Shown: piece after piece, positions 11,850 through 24,153 of the stretch | Layout: every line of letters begins with the position of its first letter | Position numbering within the stretch: position 1 is the first letter of the stretch | Source of the DNA: Bigelowiella natans CCMP2755 | Lineage: Eukaryota > Protista > Cercozoa | Assembly (NCBI GenBank): GCA_000320545.1 | Contig: ADNK01002372.1 | Span: forward strand, 7,630 to 71,629 | Direction: 5' to 3' | DNA length: 64,000 nt | Program-made: the position numbers and the translations under genes | The notes under the pieces: model-generated | What the model was told of the DNA's origin: nothing | What the model saw: only the letters and a program-made list of their open reading frames with translations | The model's database searches: none

Positions 11850-13260
11850 AGCATGCGAAAAAGTCAGAATTTATCATTCAATTCATATCAAATTGTGACA
11901 AAAGCAACTTCAATGCATGTGATGTTCTACGACACCTCATGCCAGCAAAAGCTGGTGTAAGCATGCTGTCGCGTGCACATGCTGGCATGCAGCACTTGCG
12001 TGCTGCACAATGCCCTTGCAAATAGCTAGACGCGCGAAACCCTTGCCAGAATGGCTGCGCGTGTAGCAACGACATGTTCGGACACTGGCACTAGCTGCAG
12101 CTAGTCTCAACTGGTCGCCCAAACGTCACTACACGGTGATCACGGAAAACGAGGGCTCTAGATCGAGCTCATCGCCGACATTTCATCGTTCATTGTTGTG
12201 TGTGTTCCCCAAAGTCCATCATTATTTGGGCATTCCAGCATTGTGCACGTCTAGACGTTCCAGCGTTGACCGACGCGAGGAGAGAACCCAAGACGGCGGC
12301 AGTCTGTGATCGTTGATTGTTCCTCGACACAACTGCTAGCAGCGGCCTGCATGCGCTAGTGCGTGTGAACCTGACACACAGCCCTAGATCGCGCCAAGCA
12401 AAACTTCAAGTTTGAATGTGAACAATTTGCTGCACCAGTCTAGCAGGGCAGCGAACTTGTCAACGAAGTCTAGCAGGGCAGCGAAGTCCAAAGTCTGAGT
12501 GTGCACTGAACTCATTTTTGCAAAACGAGACACGTTCGACCTCCCGACTTGTGAAGACTCACTTTTGCTTCGCACGATGTTTGAACTTCAGTGCGCACAC
12601 CATCGGCTCTTCGCCAAGGATCAAACATTGTGTTTCGAGCTAGCGAGGTGAAAGCATTGAAAACAAGCTCCAGAGCTGAGTGCACTTGATGACCAACTAG
12701 CCAACCTAGCCAGCTAGCAATCTGTCAACTAGTCTAGTAGTCAATGTGAACACACGTGCAGAGCACTCCAACACTGTTGACACACTTCCTCAGTCACATC
12801 GCATGACCAGCAATCTGCACCTTGGCCCCGTCAAACGCACAAGCATGTGGTTCGAATGCAGGCGCTGTGCTCGATCGTGCTGCAAGCTTGCTAGCTTGCA
12901 CTTTTCACTTCAGACACCATTGACGTACTCAGCTAGTCAGTGCCCAATTCAATGACCACGCAGCTACCTGGCTTGTTTGATCTTTGCGAAGAGCTGGTCA
13001 GAGCCCACCTAGCCACGCACGTTGCACGCTGGCATGACTGAGTGGAGCTCTGGAATGAAGGCTCGTCCAAACAACAGGCGAACCATCACACTTTTCATGT
13101 GTGCGCTCGTTCATTCGTCCATGTCTGCCAAACTCCTGCCGTGGCGCATGGGCGCGTGCCGCCGATGTTGCTGCGCGTCAAGACAGCCAATCTAGCAATG
13201 TGCCATGAAGTCAGAACGAAGTCCAGACTTGTCGCTGTGCTGCTATCACCACATAAACAA
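11850..13260. other. TpA-depleted, CTAG-enriched intergenic island
   Basis: Most remaining TpA sites are in CTAG (e.g. CCAACTAGCCAACCTAGCCAGCTAGCAATCTGTCAACTAGTCTAGTAG at 12693-12740). A 19-bp direct repeat with 30-bp period lies at 12437/12467. Confidence 0.8.
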
Positions 13261-13365
13261 CACATATAGTAGTGACTGACTGTCACTAACGGATTTTCGG
13301 AACAAGATAACAAGATGGTCTACTGAGCTTGTGTAATTCCTGAAACAATTCCGAACTTTCCGGCA

Positions 13366-15657
13366 ATGGATGTATCTGCCTTGGGTATGGCCCTCAAACG
13401 TGTGAAGCTGAAGAAGAACAAGGAGGTTAATGACAGAAGCGCCCCGATGATGAAAGCAGGACTGGAAAAGAAGGACCTTGACCAATACTACAAAGATGTG
13501 CAGGACACATACGTTGAATCGTGGGAGCCATTATTGACCGCGAAGGGTTTAACATTTCGAACGGCGTATGTTCCAATGCAGAAAAAGGTGATGATAGTTT
13601 CTAAATCTCAACAAAGAAAATGAAAACACTTGTGCTTATTCAAATTACATAATTTTAAGGAAGCAGAGGCGATGGTAAAAGCCTATGAGGCTCACGAAAA
13701 ATTATCTGAGGAAGAGAAGAAAGGAAAACATTACGCCAAGTTTTATGCCATGGTGTTTCAAATTTAAAAAATAGATACGATGGTGGTCTAATTACATTCT
13801 TAATAAGATATGACAATGGATTGGTACTTAAATTCTTTATTTTATTTGTTGTAGCTGCTAAAGGATCCTGTATTCTCAAAAATGCAAGAAACATTGCAAA
13901 AACAGATAGATGAGTGCTTAAATCTATTCAAATGTGACAAAGTTTTTGTAAAAGGGTCCAGTAGAAGTGCCAAAGATGCTGTTATTGACTTGCAAAATAT
14001 GACAGCAGATTTTGAATCTAGATGTCAAAACGTTAAAAAGCAGGTATTCTACCTTCACTTGAAAGATTGCAAGGAGTCAAAGCGTCAGGAGCTCCCATCT
14101 AAATTGTCCATCATGATTTTTCAGAAGGGAGAAGGAGGAAAGTGCGATTTGAACTCCGGTGTAGTTTCTCTTCTTGGTGCTGGAAAAGATGCGATGTCTG
14201 GCACAAGCGCTCAATATTTCCTTCAACTCTTTGTTCGGTGTGAATAATAGATTGTCATCGTTTCTATCATCAACATTGTGCTGTTGTGCGTAAATAGCAT
14301 CGTATAATACTGGGGAAAGAATAACAACATAGCTGATGATACTACTACTGCTACTACTATTTCCACGAAGGTAGTTTCTAACTACTACCTACTATACTGG
14401 TGCAGGAGTGAGAGAATCTATCAAGACATGAGGCTAGCTCTCCAAATGAAGGACTTCAAATCAGGATGGGCTATTCGAGAATGGATTGATGTTGATATTG
14501 GTAATACTACTACTTCTGCTGCTGCTACCATCGTCGTAATATTGACATTTCAAAAATGATGAAATATCATGTCGTATCCATATTTAATACCCCATACTTC
14601 CTTACATGCATGTTCGCATATTCGTCGGCGGGCAGTAAACAAACAATAGCAGCAGTTCTCACATTCTACTATTGGCATTATATCCAAACAATAGCAGCAG
14701 TTCTCACATCCTACTACTATAGGCATTATATCCAAACAATGGCAGCAATTCCCACATCCTACTACTATTGGCATTGTATCCTTTTTAATTCTTTGATATG
14801 TTGTTCTTCTTCTTCTTCGTCTCGAGGAATGGAATTCCGTGGCTTTGTTTATCGGAGAAAATTCTGCGCGTTGTGTCAGTATGATTATCTTGTCAAGGTT
14901 ATAGAAAGAAGGATTGAATACAGACTAGTACGATAATACGATAGTTCATCATCATTATCAGCCTCATGATTCGTAAGAATATGATGTTGGAAGGTGGAAC
15001 ATCTACAAGATTCAAAAACGCGCCAAGATATCATATCAACAATTGAAAAGTTCTATGCAAACTCTGTTGCCCCTGCATTGCACAGGTAGATCCTACATTG
15101 CTATTTCTAAAACGATTACTACGATTCTCTGCTGTTTTTTTTCATTCCTCATTGCGTATAGTTGGTGGTAAATATTGACGACATCACTGTACTCGTATTA
15201 GCAGCAGCAAAGTGGTACTAGTAGTGGGGGTGGTAATAAGTATATCGAGGGATTCTCCTATAGACATATATACCCCCATCAGCATATACAATACTTTATT
15301 TAGAAACTGCTACGTATGTAGGGAGGAAAGCCCGTTCCAAAACTACATTGCTGATTTTGCCATCGATACGACAGGGAAATGTATGTCATGTTTCGAATTT
15401 GAATCAAGTTTTGAGAAAGAAAATAGGGTGATGAAAGCCAACAAGAATTTGTGCAAGGTTTCTTCGCCGATTGATTTCTGCTGCATCAGAACAAAATCGG
15501 TTCAAAAACAGAAATACGATCACGATGAAACCTGGCTGGCCACCATTTTTCTGTTTTTGTATGAATTCTTCGCCTGATTTCCGGATATGAACCAAATATG
15601 TGTCCTACTAAGTGTGATGTGTTATCGTTGTTGTTCTACCACCAGAAACTATCATCA

Positions 15658-15701
<44 letters not shown>

Positions 15702-16020
15702 CTGATGTTTCCATATGGTGTCGTCGTCCTATGTTCCGTACACAGCAGGAATAGGATAATTTAGTATATTGTATGTGTGCGTTTGTGTGTGTGTGCGTGT
15801 TTATCATCATCCAAATAGTAGTATATCGTACCATTTATTATGTTGTTCCTAACCCATCATCATCATCATCATCATCATCACTATGATCATCACTAAGGTT
15901 GGATAATTGAGCTAAATCCGTACCAAGAAAGCACAGATGGAGCGATGTTTAGCTGGGCAACAGAGAAACAACTTCTATCCACAGGTGTGTGTGGGGGGGG
16001 GGGGACTTCAAAGAGAGAGA

Positions 16021-16056
<36 letters not shown>

Positions 16057-16123
16057 AATTTAGTACCGCAAATATACTCATGCACCACGTACATATACGT
16101 TAACACATATTTTGCGTATGGAA

Positions 16124-16166
<43 letters not shown>

Positions 16167-16381
16167 TATATATTATGCGAGTACATATACTGCTTTTTAA
16201 TAAGACCTACAATCTTAGAATCAGTCGTTGCATGCTGCTCATTTATCATTTTGTTTCGAACCACTTAGAACCACTCAATTTTCGCTATCAAAGTGTACCG
16301 CAAAATGCGACTGTAGCTCTCGGCAAAAAATGGAGGAAACTATTGAATTCTACATTAAAACGAATTAATGCCGAAGCTTGA
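13366..16381 (+). CDS. CDC123-like (R2K clade) ATP-grasp protein with N-terminal WH2-like motif, ~10 exons
   Basis: Spliced motifs: KVFVKGSSRSAKDA, FVRSERIYQDMRLAL, WAIREWIDVDIGMEFRGFVYRRKFCALCQYD, NYIADFAID, WIIELNPYQESTDGAMFSWATEK, EPLNFRY; stop TGA at 16379-16381. These match the CDC123/D123-type ATP-grasp pattern (FxKxxxRSxKD...EFRxFV...QY...IExNP...LFxW). Confidence 0.8.
14641..14781. repeat. Intronic minisatellite, 3 copies of 45-48 bp
   Basis: AAACAAT(A/G)GCAGCA.TTC.CACAT.CTACTA(CTA)T.GGCATT(A/G)TATCC three times. Confidence 0.85.
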
Positions 16382-16694
16382 TTTAAATAACACTCTAAGG
16401 GGACGGATGGCATTCATCGTGGTTCTTGCAGCTAAAAACAACTGCGACAATCTAGCAATTGCTAAATGTAGTGATGCATGAAAATGTACGCAGCAGAGCT
16501 GATGATAGTGACTGGCTGTGAAGTACGTTCTGCTACATGTAACCCACTAGTTAAATGCTACGATGAGATGGATAGCTAGATAGGACACACAGCGCAGTAG
16601 CTCACTCACGGCACACTCTAGGTAGCTAGGCTTAGCAGCAACAGATCCGTGCTTTTGCATGCAGCAGAGCTACAGAGGGGTATTATAGACACGG

Positions 16695-16735
<41 letters not shown>

Positions 16736-16737
16736 AA

Positions 16738-17810
16738 GACGGATGTAATGAAATGTTTAAATTTTTTCAATGGTCACCCTAATGTAGCTGTGCAAAGCAG
16801 CGGCTACAGCGCTCAAGTTGTGTCCACTTGTTTCCGGTGTCACGTGTTGATGATGCACACATGAGAAAGCATTGCAATTTGGTCGGTCATGTCGTACTTT
16901 GCGCGCAGCAGTGCGAGCTCTTTTTTCTGCATTTGTGTGTGTGTGTGTGTACATGCACATGTGTGTACACATTGTTACATGCCCATTGTGCTAGCATGGG
17001 CACTTTTGCTAGGCTCAGCTGCAGCAAGTCCGTTTTGCATCTGCAGTAGAGGCATGCTTGAAAAGCGAAACATGAGGATGGCTAGATGGTGTCACGACCA
17101 TCTAGCTATCTAGCCATGGAACACGCGTTGTCATGTAATGATGGCATGTTTCCATGCGACGGCAGGCGAATCTAGGAACGCATGCGCGTCAGCAGCAGCG
17201 CTGGCTAGCTAGCTAATTTTAGAGCTATGGCGGCGGGCTTGATTTAGCTCTCTACAGCATGTCCACTGTCAGCAGACTGTGGCTGCAATCTAGCTGTGCA
17301 CACATCGATGCCCCTATCGCTAGCCCTATGCATCGATCGTCAGCTTAACGTTTTCAGCGGTCTAGCTAGGTAGCTGCTAGCGGTAACTCTTATTTGATCT
17401 AGCATCCATCATCAACGAGTAAGGAAGAACAGGTAGCTAGGTATGCAGCGAGTCGATGCACATGCTAGCATCTAGCAAGCTAGATGTGCCAATGAGCGCG
17501 ATTGCCATGTTTGCTCTGATCATGCGACCATGTGCGTGTTGGCGGATGAGCGAGACACGACGTACATGTGATGTACACGTGCACGCATCGCAGTCACGCA
17601 CATTCACATGCAAATGCAATTTAAATCACATAAGAGGGAAAATCACACACGTGCAGCCACGAGTATGCACATGTACGTACATAAATCGTACATATGTGTG
17701 TGTGTGTGTGTGTGTCCTAAAACATCTAAACGCTGTAACCGCAGTTCTACGATGCAAAGCTACATCACAGGAAAACAATTGGAAAAAATTGAAAAATTCA
17801 TCACATCCGC
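16738..17810. mobile_element. Degenerate ~1.07-kb non-autonomous element bounded by ~90-bp inverted repeats
   Basis: 16738-16830 (GACGGATGTAATGAAATG...TTTTCAATGGTCACCCTAATGTAGCTGTGCAAAGCAGCGGCTACAGCGC) is an imperfect inverted copy of 17721-17810. The left end abuts (TA)n. The interior is TA-poor and CTAG-rich. Confidence 0.55.
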
Positions 17811-17891
17811 CGCACACATTTGCATGTACGTGAATATGTGCAGACATGTAAAACGGACAGGTGTATTGAATTGAACAAACCAAACATGTGA

Positions 17892-17975
17892 GACGAATGT
17901 AGTGGATTAATCAAATCTTTTCAATTATACCAATGTAGCTGTGTAATGATGCGGCTACAGTGCTTGTATTGCATC
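17892..17975 (+). repeat. Additional copy of the ~90-bp dispersed TIR-like repeat
   Basis: GACGAATGTAGTGG...TTTTCAAT...CAATGTAGCTGTGTAATGATGCGGCTACAGTGC is similar to 16738-16830. Confidence 0.65.
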
Positions 17976-18742
17976 TTCTCATACATAACATGTCCGAGCG
18001 TGTACAACATTCCATGGAACCAGTGATCATGGAGTAGTGAGATGCTAGAAGTGTGATGAAAATAGAGACCTTGGAGGAGAAGGAGAGACATTTTGCTATC
18101 TTTTCATCTCGCGGCAAATTTGGCAAATGACCGGATAAGCTTTCTGTAAGACATGCAGGGCCGTTGAGATGTCACCTAGTGATAAAAGTGTAGTCGTATG
18201 TATTAGAACTACATGTAAAATAAACGATTTGTGAAGTAAGTGATGATATAGAGTTAAAATTATTACAGAGCATGATTGGCTTCATTATAATTTTACAAGT
18301 TTGTCGATTGAATACCAGGAAGAGTGAGAATCAAAGAATTGCCATCACTTCCAGCTACAGCTCTGTAACAAATTGGAAAAAAAAAGGTAGGAATAGTAAT
18401 TAAGTCTCTACACTACAAGTTGATTTCCTTGGCTCACATTGGTCATGGATAGTATGAATATGATGATCACAAAGAAGCTGCTTACTTCTGCAACTACAGT
18501 TTAGAGATGATATGCACTCTCTCCTTTTATTCTATGATGCGTATATTTGATGATTTCAGCTCATGATGTTACTAATACTAGTACTACTGCTACTCCTTCT
18601 ACTACTACTAATACTCTGTAGGAATACAGAGATAATACCAACAATTTGTTTTCATTATCACAGCAACAACAACAACAACTACTACTACAACTACTACTGC
18701 TGCTGTCTGCCGCTTTTACAGCTGTTACTTGTGTTGCCAATA

Positions 18743-20194
18743 CTATTTGTTTTTTATGGTAACTTCGAGGAGTAAAGGACGAAAAACCTGTAGGTGGAGG
18801 TGCCTAAGGAGATGTTGCTTCCTCCTCTTTGAGTAACGAGCATCGTTATTGCGATCGCCAAGCTCGGTGCATTCTATATGGAGAATAATAGATGATAATG
18901 ATGATGATGATGATGATGATGTTTTAAAAGCATTATTCGTTACAACACAAATATCCAAACATCCAAGCAAAAAAATGTGTTTGGCAAACAACTTAGTGCT
19001 GCTACATTGTCAAGACTAGCTGATGATTTGTTAGAAAAGGAGGAGGAGGGCGAGGATAACATGAGGATAATAGCATCAAATGCCACAAACAACAAAACAC
19101 AACAACAGGAAAAGGCTACTATAGGTATGATGAAGATGATGATAACAAAGCAACTTGCTAGCTTGTACTAAAATGATGTACACGGAGAAACAGGGGGTAA
19201 GTAAATATAGTACGATATTATTATTAGCGTGCTTACATCATCATAATCGTCATTATCATAATCCTTAGCATCAATGCATGCCAGATGGCCTTACTACTAC
19301 TACTACTACTACTACTACTACACAACTGGAGTGCTATGAAGAGCTAATAGTAGCTCATCAACGTTTTCGCCCTTGAATGATTATGACATACTAATTGATC
19401 AAACTGATGTGTTTTATAAACACCTTTATAATAAGTGATTCAGCTATTTCCGGTGCTATGTCAGATGTAGCATATCCTGATGATGATGATAGAAGATGCA
19501 AAAACGATTAAAAGTTTGGACAATACTAGCAGGTGATCGATGACTGACTGACTAGGTAGAAATATCTTCGAAAAACTTGATGCAAAGGAGGGGGGGGATG
19601 ATCTAAAAAACAAAATCCGATAGTAGCAGTAGCTATAGATAGCAAGCACCATTTGAATGATCAATGTAGTATTAGTATTACTATTAGTACTTGTATCAGA
19701 AATTATCAGCAGCGTAAATAATCCGTTGTTTGGTTGTTTGTTACTACGTCGCACTTTCTACCACTAGTGCTACTACAACCAACCGGTTTTTCCAAGGAAT
19801 ATAACCAAGTCTACACCAGATCTCTATGGTAATAATTAGTTGAGATTGATCATCATGGGCAGCAGTAGCAGTAGTAAGTAGGTTGCAGTAACTGTAAGTA
19901 TCTAACCTTAGGTACACTTGTTAGGTAGCACCTGCCATAACTACTAACTCCTACTGCTATTCCCCCCCCCCCTTCTCTCTTTATATTAATTGGTAGTATG
20001 GATCGTAGTAAGACAAGGTTGCTACTGCAGCAGCAGCAGTGCGAGGAGGAATAGTAGTAGTAGTAGTCCTACTGTACCATGTCTCTTTCTCTTTCAGATT
20101 GTAATGATGCTGCTGCTAATGCTGCTACTGCTTTTTACATAAAAGATCATCTCCACTCTCTTGATGATATCCATAGATGAAGGTTATTCTACTT

Positions 20195-20225
<31 letters not shown>

Positions 20226-20979
20226 GACACTTCTAATTCATTCATTTGTTATTTAATCACATCTCACAATCCACCCACCTTTGAGAATAGCAAGGCTTGG
20301 CTTTTGATGATGTTGCTGCTGCTGCTGCTGCTGCTAGTGGTGGTGGTGTTGTCAAGGACGTTTTGCTTCTCCGTAGTATCATTATCCTCATCGTTTGTTT
20401 CAATAAATGCTTTTATTCTGTAACAACAGTTTCCTCCTTTTTTCTTCATCATCATCAGCCTCCTTGTAAGCTGATCTAATGAAGAATATGAGTCCTCTTG
20501 TTGCGCCGCCATGTTAATCACCGCTACTCCCAAACAGGGCCCTCCTTGCTCGCCTACGACTCCTCCATCGTTTTTCTCATCATCATCGTTGTGATTTTTT
20601 TTACTTGCTACTGTTGCAGCTCTCCTTCTTTCTCCACCTCCTCTTATCATAGTAGCTGCTAAGGAAGAAGAGGAAAGAGGATAAATAGAAACCGAACTTC
20701 CACACGGCAATTCTCCTTTTCCCTGAATAATAAATAGTAGCAAAACACATCATGCTGACTTCCTTAAGCTCAGTATATATAGAGTTGTTGTAGTAAAAAA
20801 ACCCAAATATGCATATAAAATGTGGACAACTACTGATCTAAATAACGACGTTCTATGATCTATCTAAAGAGCTGAAAGAACAAATATAAGCAACAAGAAG
20901 ATTATTCTTATTCTTGGTCTGCTTCAGCCTCTTTGCTTGTAGATGATACCCTCACAGAATACTCCTCCTACACTAATCC

Positions 20980-21019
<40 letters not shown>

Positions 21020-22729
21020 TATCCATACATTTCCCATATATTTTCTTTATGTAGTAGTAATAATAAAAATAACAATAACAACAATTATAATTTTTGGAAC
21101 GTTATAGGTAGCCACATGAGGGGCCAAACGCCATAAATAAGCTGTAGTAGTCGTTGTTAAATGGTTGATAAGGAAGAAGTAATACGTCTCCTTCTATAGG
21201 AAGAGGATGAAGAGAGGGTAGGATCATAGAAAGAAAGAAAGAAAGAAAGAAGAAGAAGAAGAAGAGAGCCAATCATTAGCTAGTAGCTAGTACCACCTCC
21301 TCCTCCTCAACCACTCCCCCCCCCCTTCTACTTGTACTACCTGAGGTATGAAGGCCAAGGCATTTGCACCGTACATGCTTAGTATTCGACTTGACGCTTG
21401 TCTTCCTGTGGTATTGTTGTTATTATTGTTGTTGTTGATGATGATAATAATAATAATGGGTGGTGATATCATCAATCAATCAATCAATCAATCAATCAGC
21501 ACCATTTTGATGTTTATCTTGCACTACAAGGAACCAGTAGACTAATCAATTTAATGTTCTTCTTGTACTACAAAGAACCAGTAGAATAAGCATAGTAATC
21601 TCCTCCTCCTCCTCCTCCTTCTTGGTTTGGTATTAGCCCTTCTTTTTCTCCTTTTTCTTCCTCCTCCTCTCCTTCCTTTTTTGTCGGCCTCCATACGACA
21701 TGTACACGATGATACCTGCGTCATCGTAGTACTACATGGGTGGTTGGTCATACTCACTCACTCCTCCTTAATTACAAAGTAGTACTACTACTAGCAGTAG
21801 TAGTAAATAGTCAAATATGATCAAGATGACGAAAACAACTAATTATATAGTCCTTTGTAAAGTAATTGTTGTTCTTATAGTTTGCTATTGATAAAGTAGT
21901 ATCTATTCATGCCGTGAGGCTTTTCTTCTTCTTCTTCCTCTTCTTCTCCTCCTCCTTCTCACCCAATATAATCTCTCGTCACAACATCATTTTATTGCTA
22001 CTACTTCAGTCACGCTGTTATCGTTCGATGTAGTTTATTATAGTGTCTTCGTCAATATGTAGTAGAAGTAGTAATAATGCTACTTAAGCCCTGTTTAGGT
22101 GTGATTATATGATGTAGTCTTAGTAGTAATGCTACTCAGGTCGTATAGCATCCATTCTTATTGGGTGTGCTAGAAATGCTGAGAAGGCCTTTTGATATAG
22201 TAATGATAATAACAAAAATAATGTATTAAGTTGCGCAATCATCAATATTAATTATTAAATAAATAGTCAATGAGCAATAACAATATCATTATTGTGAGAA
22301 CGTGGAGTAGTGAAAGGCCACAAAATGGAGATCTTCATCCTTTCAATTCAAGAATTATTACTCAAATCATATGTTGTAATAAGTCGTCAAGAATAATATT
22401 GTTTAAACATGAAGCTAGTAGCTATAAAGCCGTGCTAGTGTTTAAGATCAGTAGTAGTAGTAGTAGTAGTGGTAGAGTAGGTGTATAATGCAACTACACT
22501 AACCGGCGTAAGAGACGATTCTCCCCCTCCTTTTTTGTAGCTTGGGTCCTTGTTGTTGATGTGTTGGTATTTTGAGAAGGAGCTATCTCCTGAGAGCTTC
22601 CATATAGCCCTTGATACTAGCAATTCAAATGTTACCGCTAATAAAATAAAGTATACAAATACAAAATAACCGTAGATCAGCCGTTATTTTAAGAAACAAT
22701 TCCAATGAACGATGTGGAAAATACAAGTA

Positions 22730-22767
<38 letters not shown>

Positions 22768-24056
22768 TAATCATCGTCATTAGTATTTATATGGTTGTTG
22801 TGTGCTTAAAGCGTGTGTGTATATAATGTTCTCACACAACAGCTTCATCATGTACACTACCGCTACGGTTCATTCTTCTCATCGTCATCTTTATACATGA
22901 TAATATATAGATCATGATAATGATAATGATGATGATGATGATAAGTAGCTCACAAACCGCAGCTGACAGGATTTCCGGGGAGTCCAAAGTATAGTAATTT
23001 CTTCTCAATCTCCTTCCTTTTAATTTCCTCCTCCTCATCCTCATCTGCCTCCTCCTCCTCTTTTTCTTGATTAACTTTCTTCTTTTTCTTCTTCCTCTCC
23101 TCAAAGAGAATGGTTGCAAAAGTGGTTGGTTTACCTGGTTTCATCCTGCAGCAGCAGTAGTAGTAGTAGTAGTAGTTAACGACGTATTTATAGCTACTAT
23201 AATGATTACTAAACAATAATAGTAATACTAATACTACTACTACAAGGATCCTTGTCTAACATATGCTGGCTACTGGGTGATGGATAATTGAATAATACTA
23301 ATGATAATAATAATAATAATACCTCATGCGGTCAAAGTGAATTGTTGCACGTGAGAATACGCCGTCTCTTCCTATTGCTCCTTGATATTGTTGTCCTTTT
23401 TTTTTTTCTTTTTCTTCTTCTTCTTCTTCTTGTTCTGCTCTTCTTGGCGTTGTTACCATCTTATTGAGTGCAACCTTTACAGGATCTGCTCGCCCCATCG
23501 AAACCTTATGGTATTATTATTAGTATTGGTATTATTATTATTAGTAGTAGTAGTGCTGAGGGATAATCACAAAAGCAGAATAAATGCAGTGATCGTTATA
23601 AATATTAAGGTGGTTGTTACCCCCCCCGATGAAATGAAGATGTCAGCATCATCGTCCAGAGCAGCTTTCACAATGATGCTTACAATATTATCACTACCAT
23701 CTGCTGCTGCTGCTGCTGAATCATTAGCGTCCTTATGCTGCTTCAAACTACTACTACTACTACTACTACTATCCCTGCTAATGCCCATATTAACAGCGAT
23801 GCCACCACAAGATCGGACTAATGAAATAATCAATAAACATGTTTGTTCTCGTCAGCCAGGATTATTAGACCTATCACTTGGAGAAGAGATGTATAAGATC
23901 TAAAACTTACATATCGATCCAAAACAACAAATGGAAATACAAGAACGATTCATACCAAGCTGCATACATATTCCATAAAGAGAGGAAAAGAGGGTGGTGG
24001 TGATGATGATGATGATGATGATGATGATGGTATTAAGAAATATCAGCTACAACTAT

Positions 24057-24088
<32 letters not shown>

Positions 24089-24117
24089 TTACTACTACAC
24101 CTACAGGGCTACAAAAG

Positions 24118-24153
<36 letters not shown>

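Noticed and set aside
14641-14781. CRISPR-like repeat array
   Set aside because: Contiguous tandem units with no unique spacers, inside a eukaryotic intron, and no cas genes.
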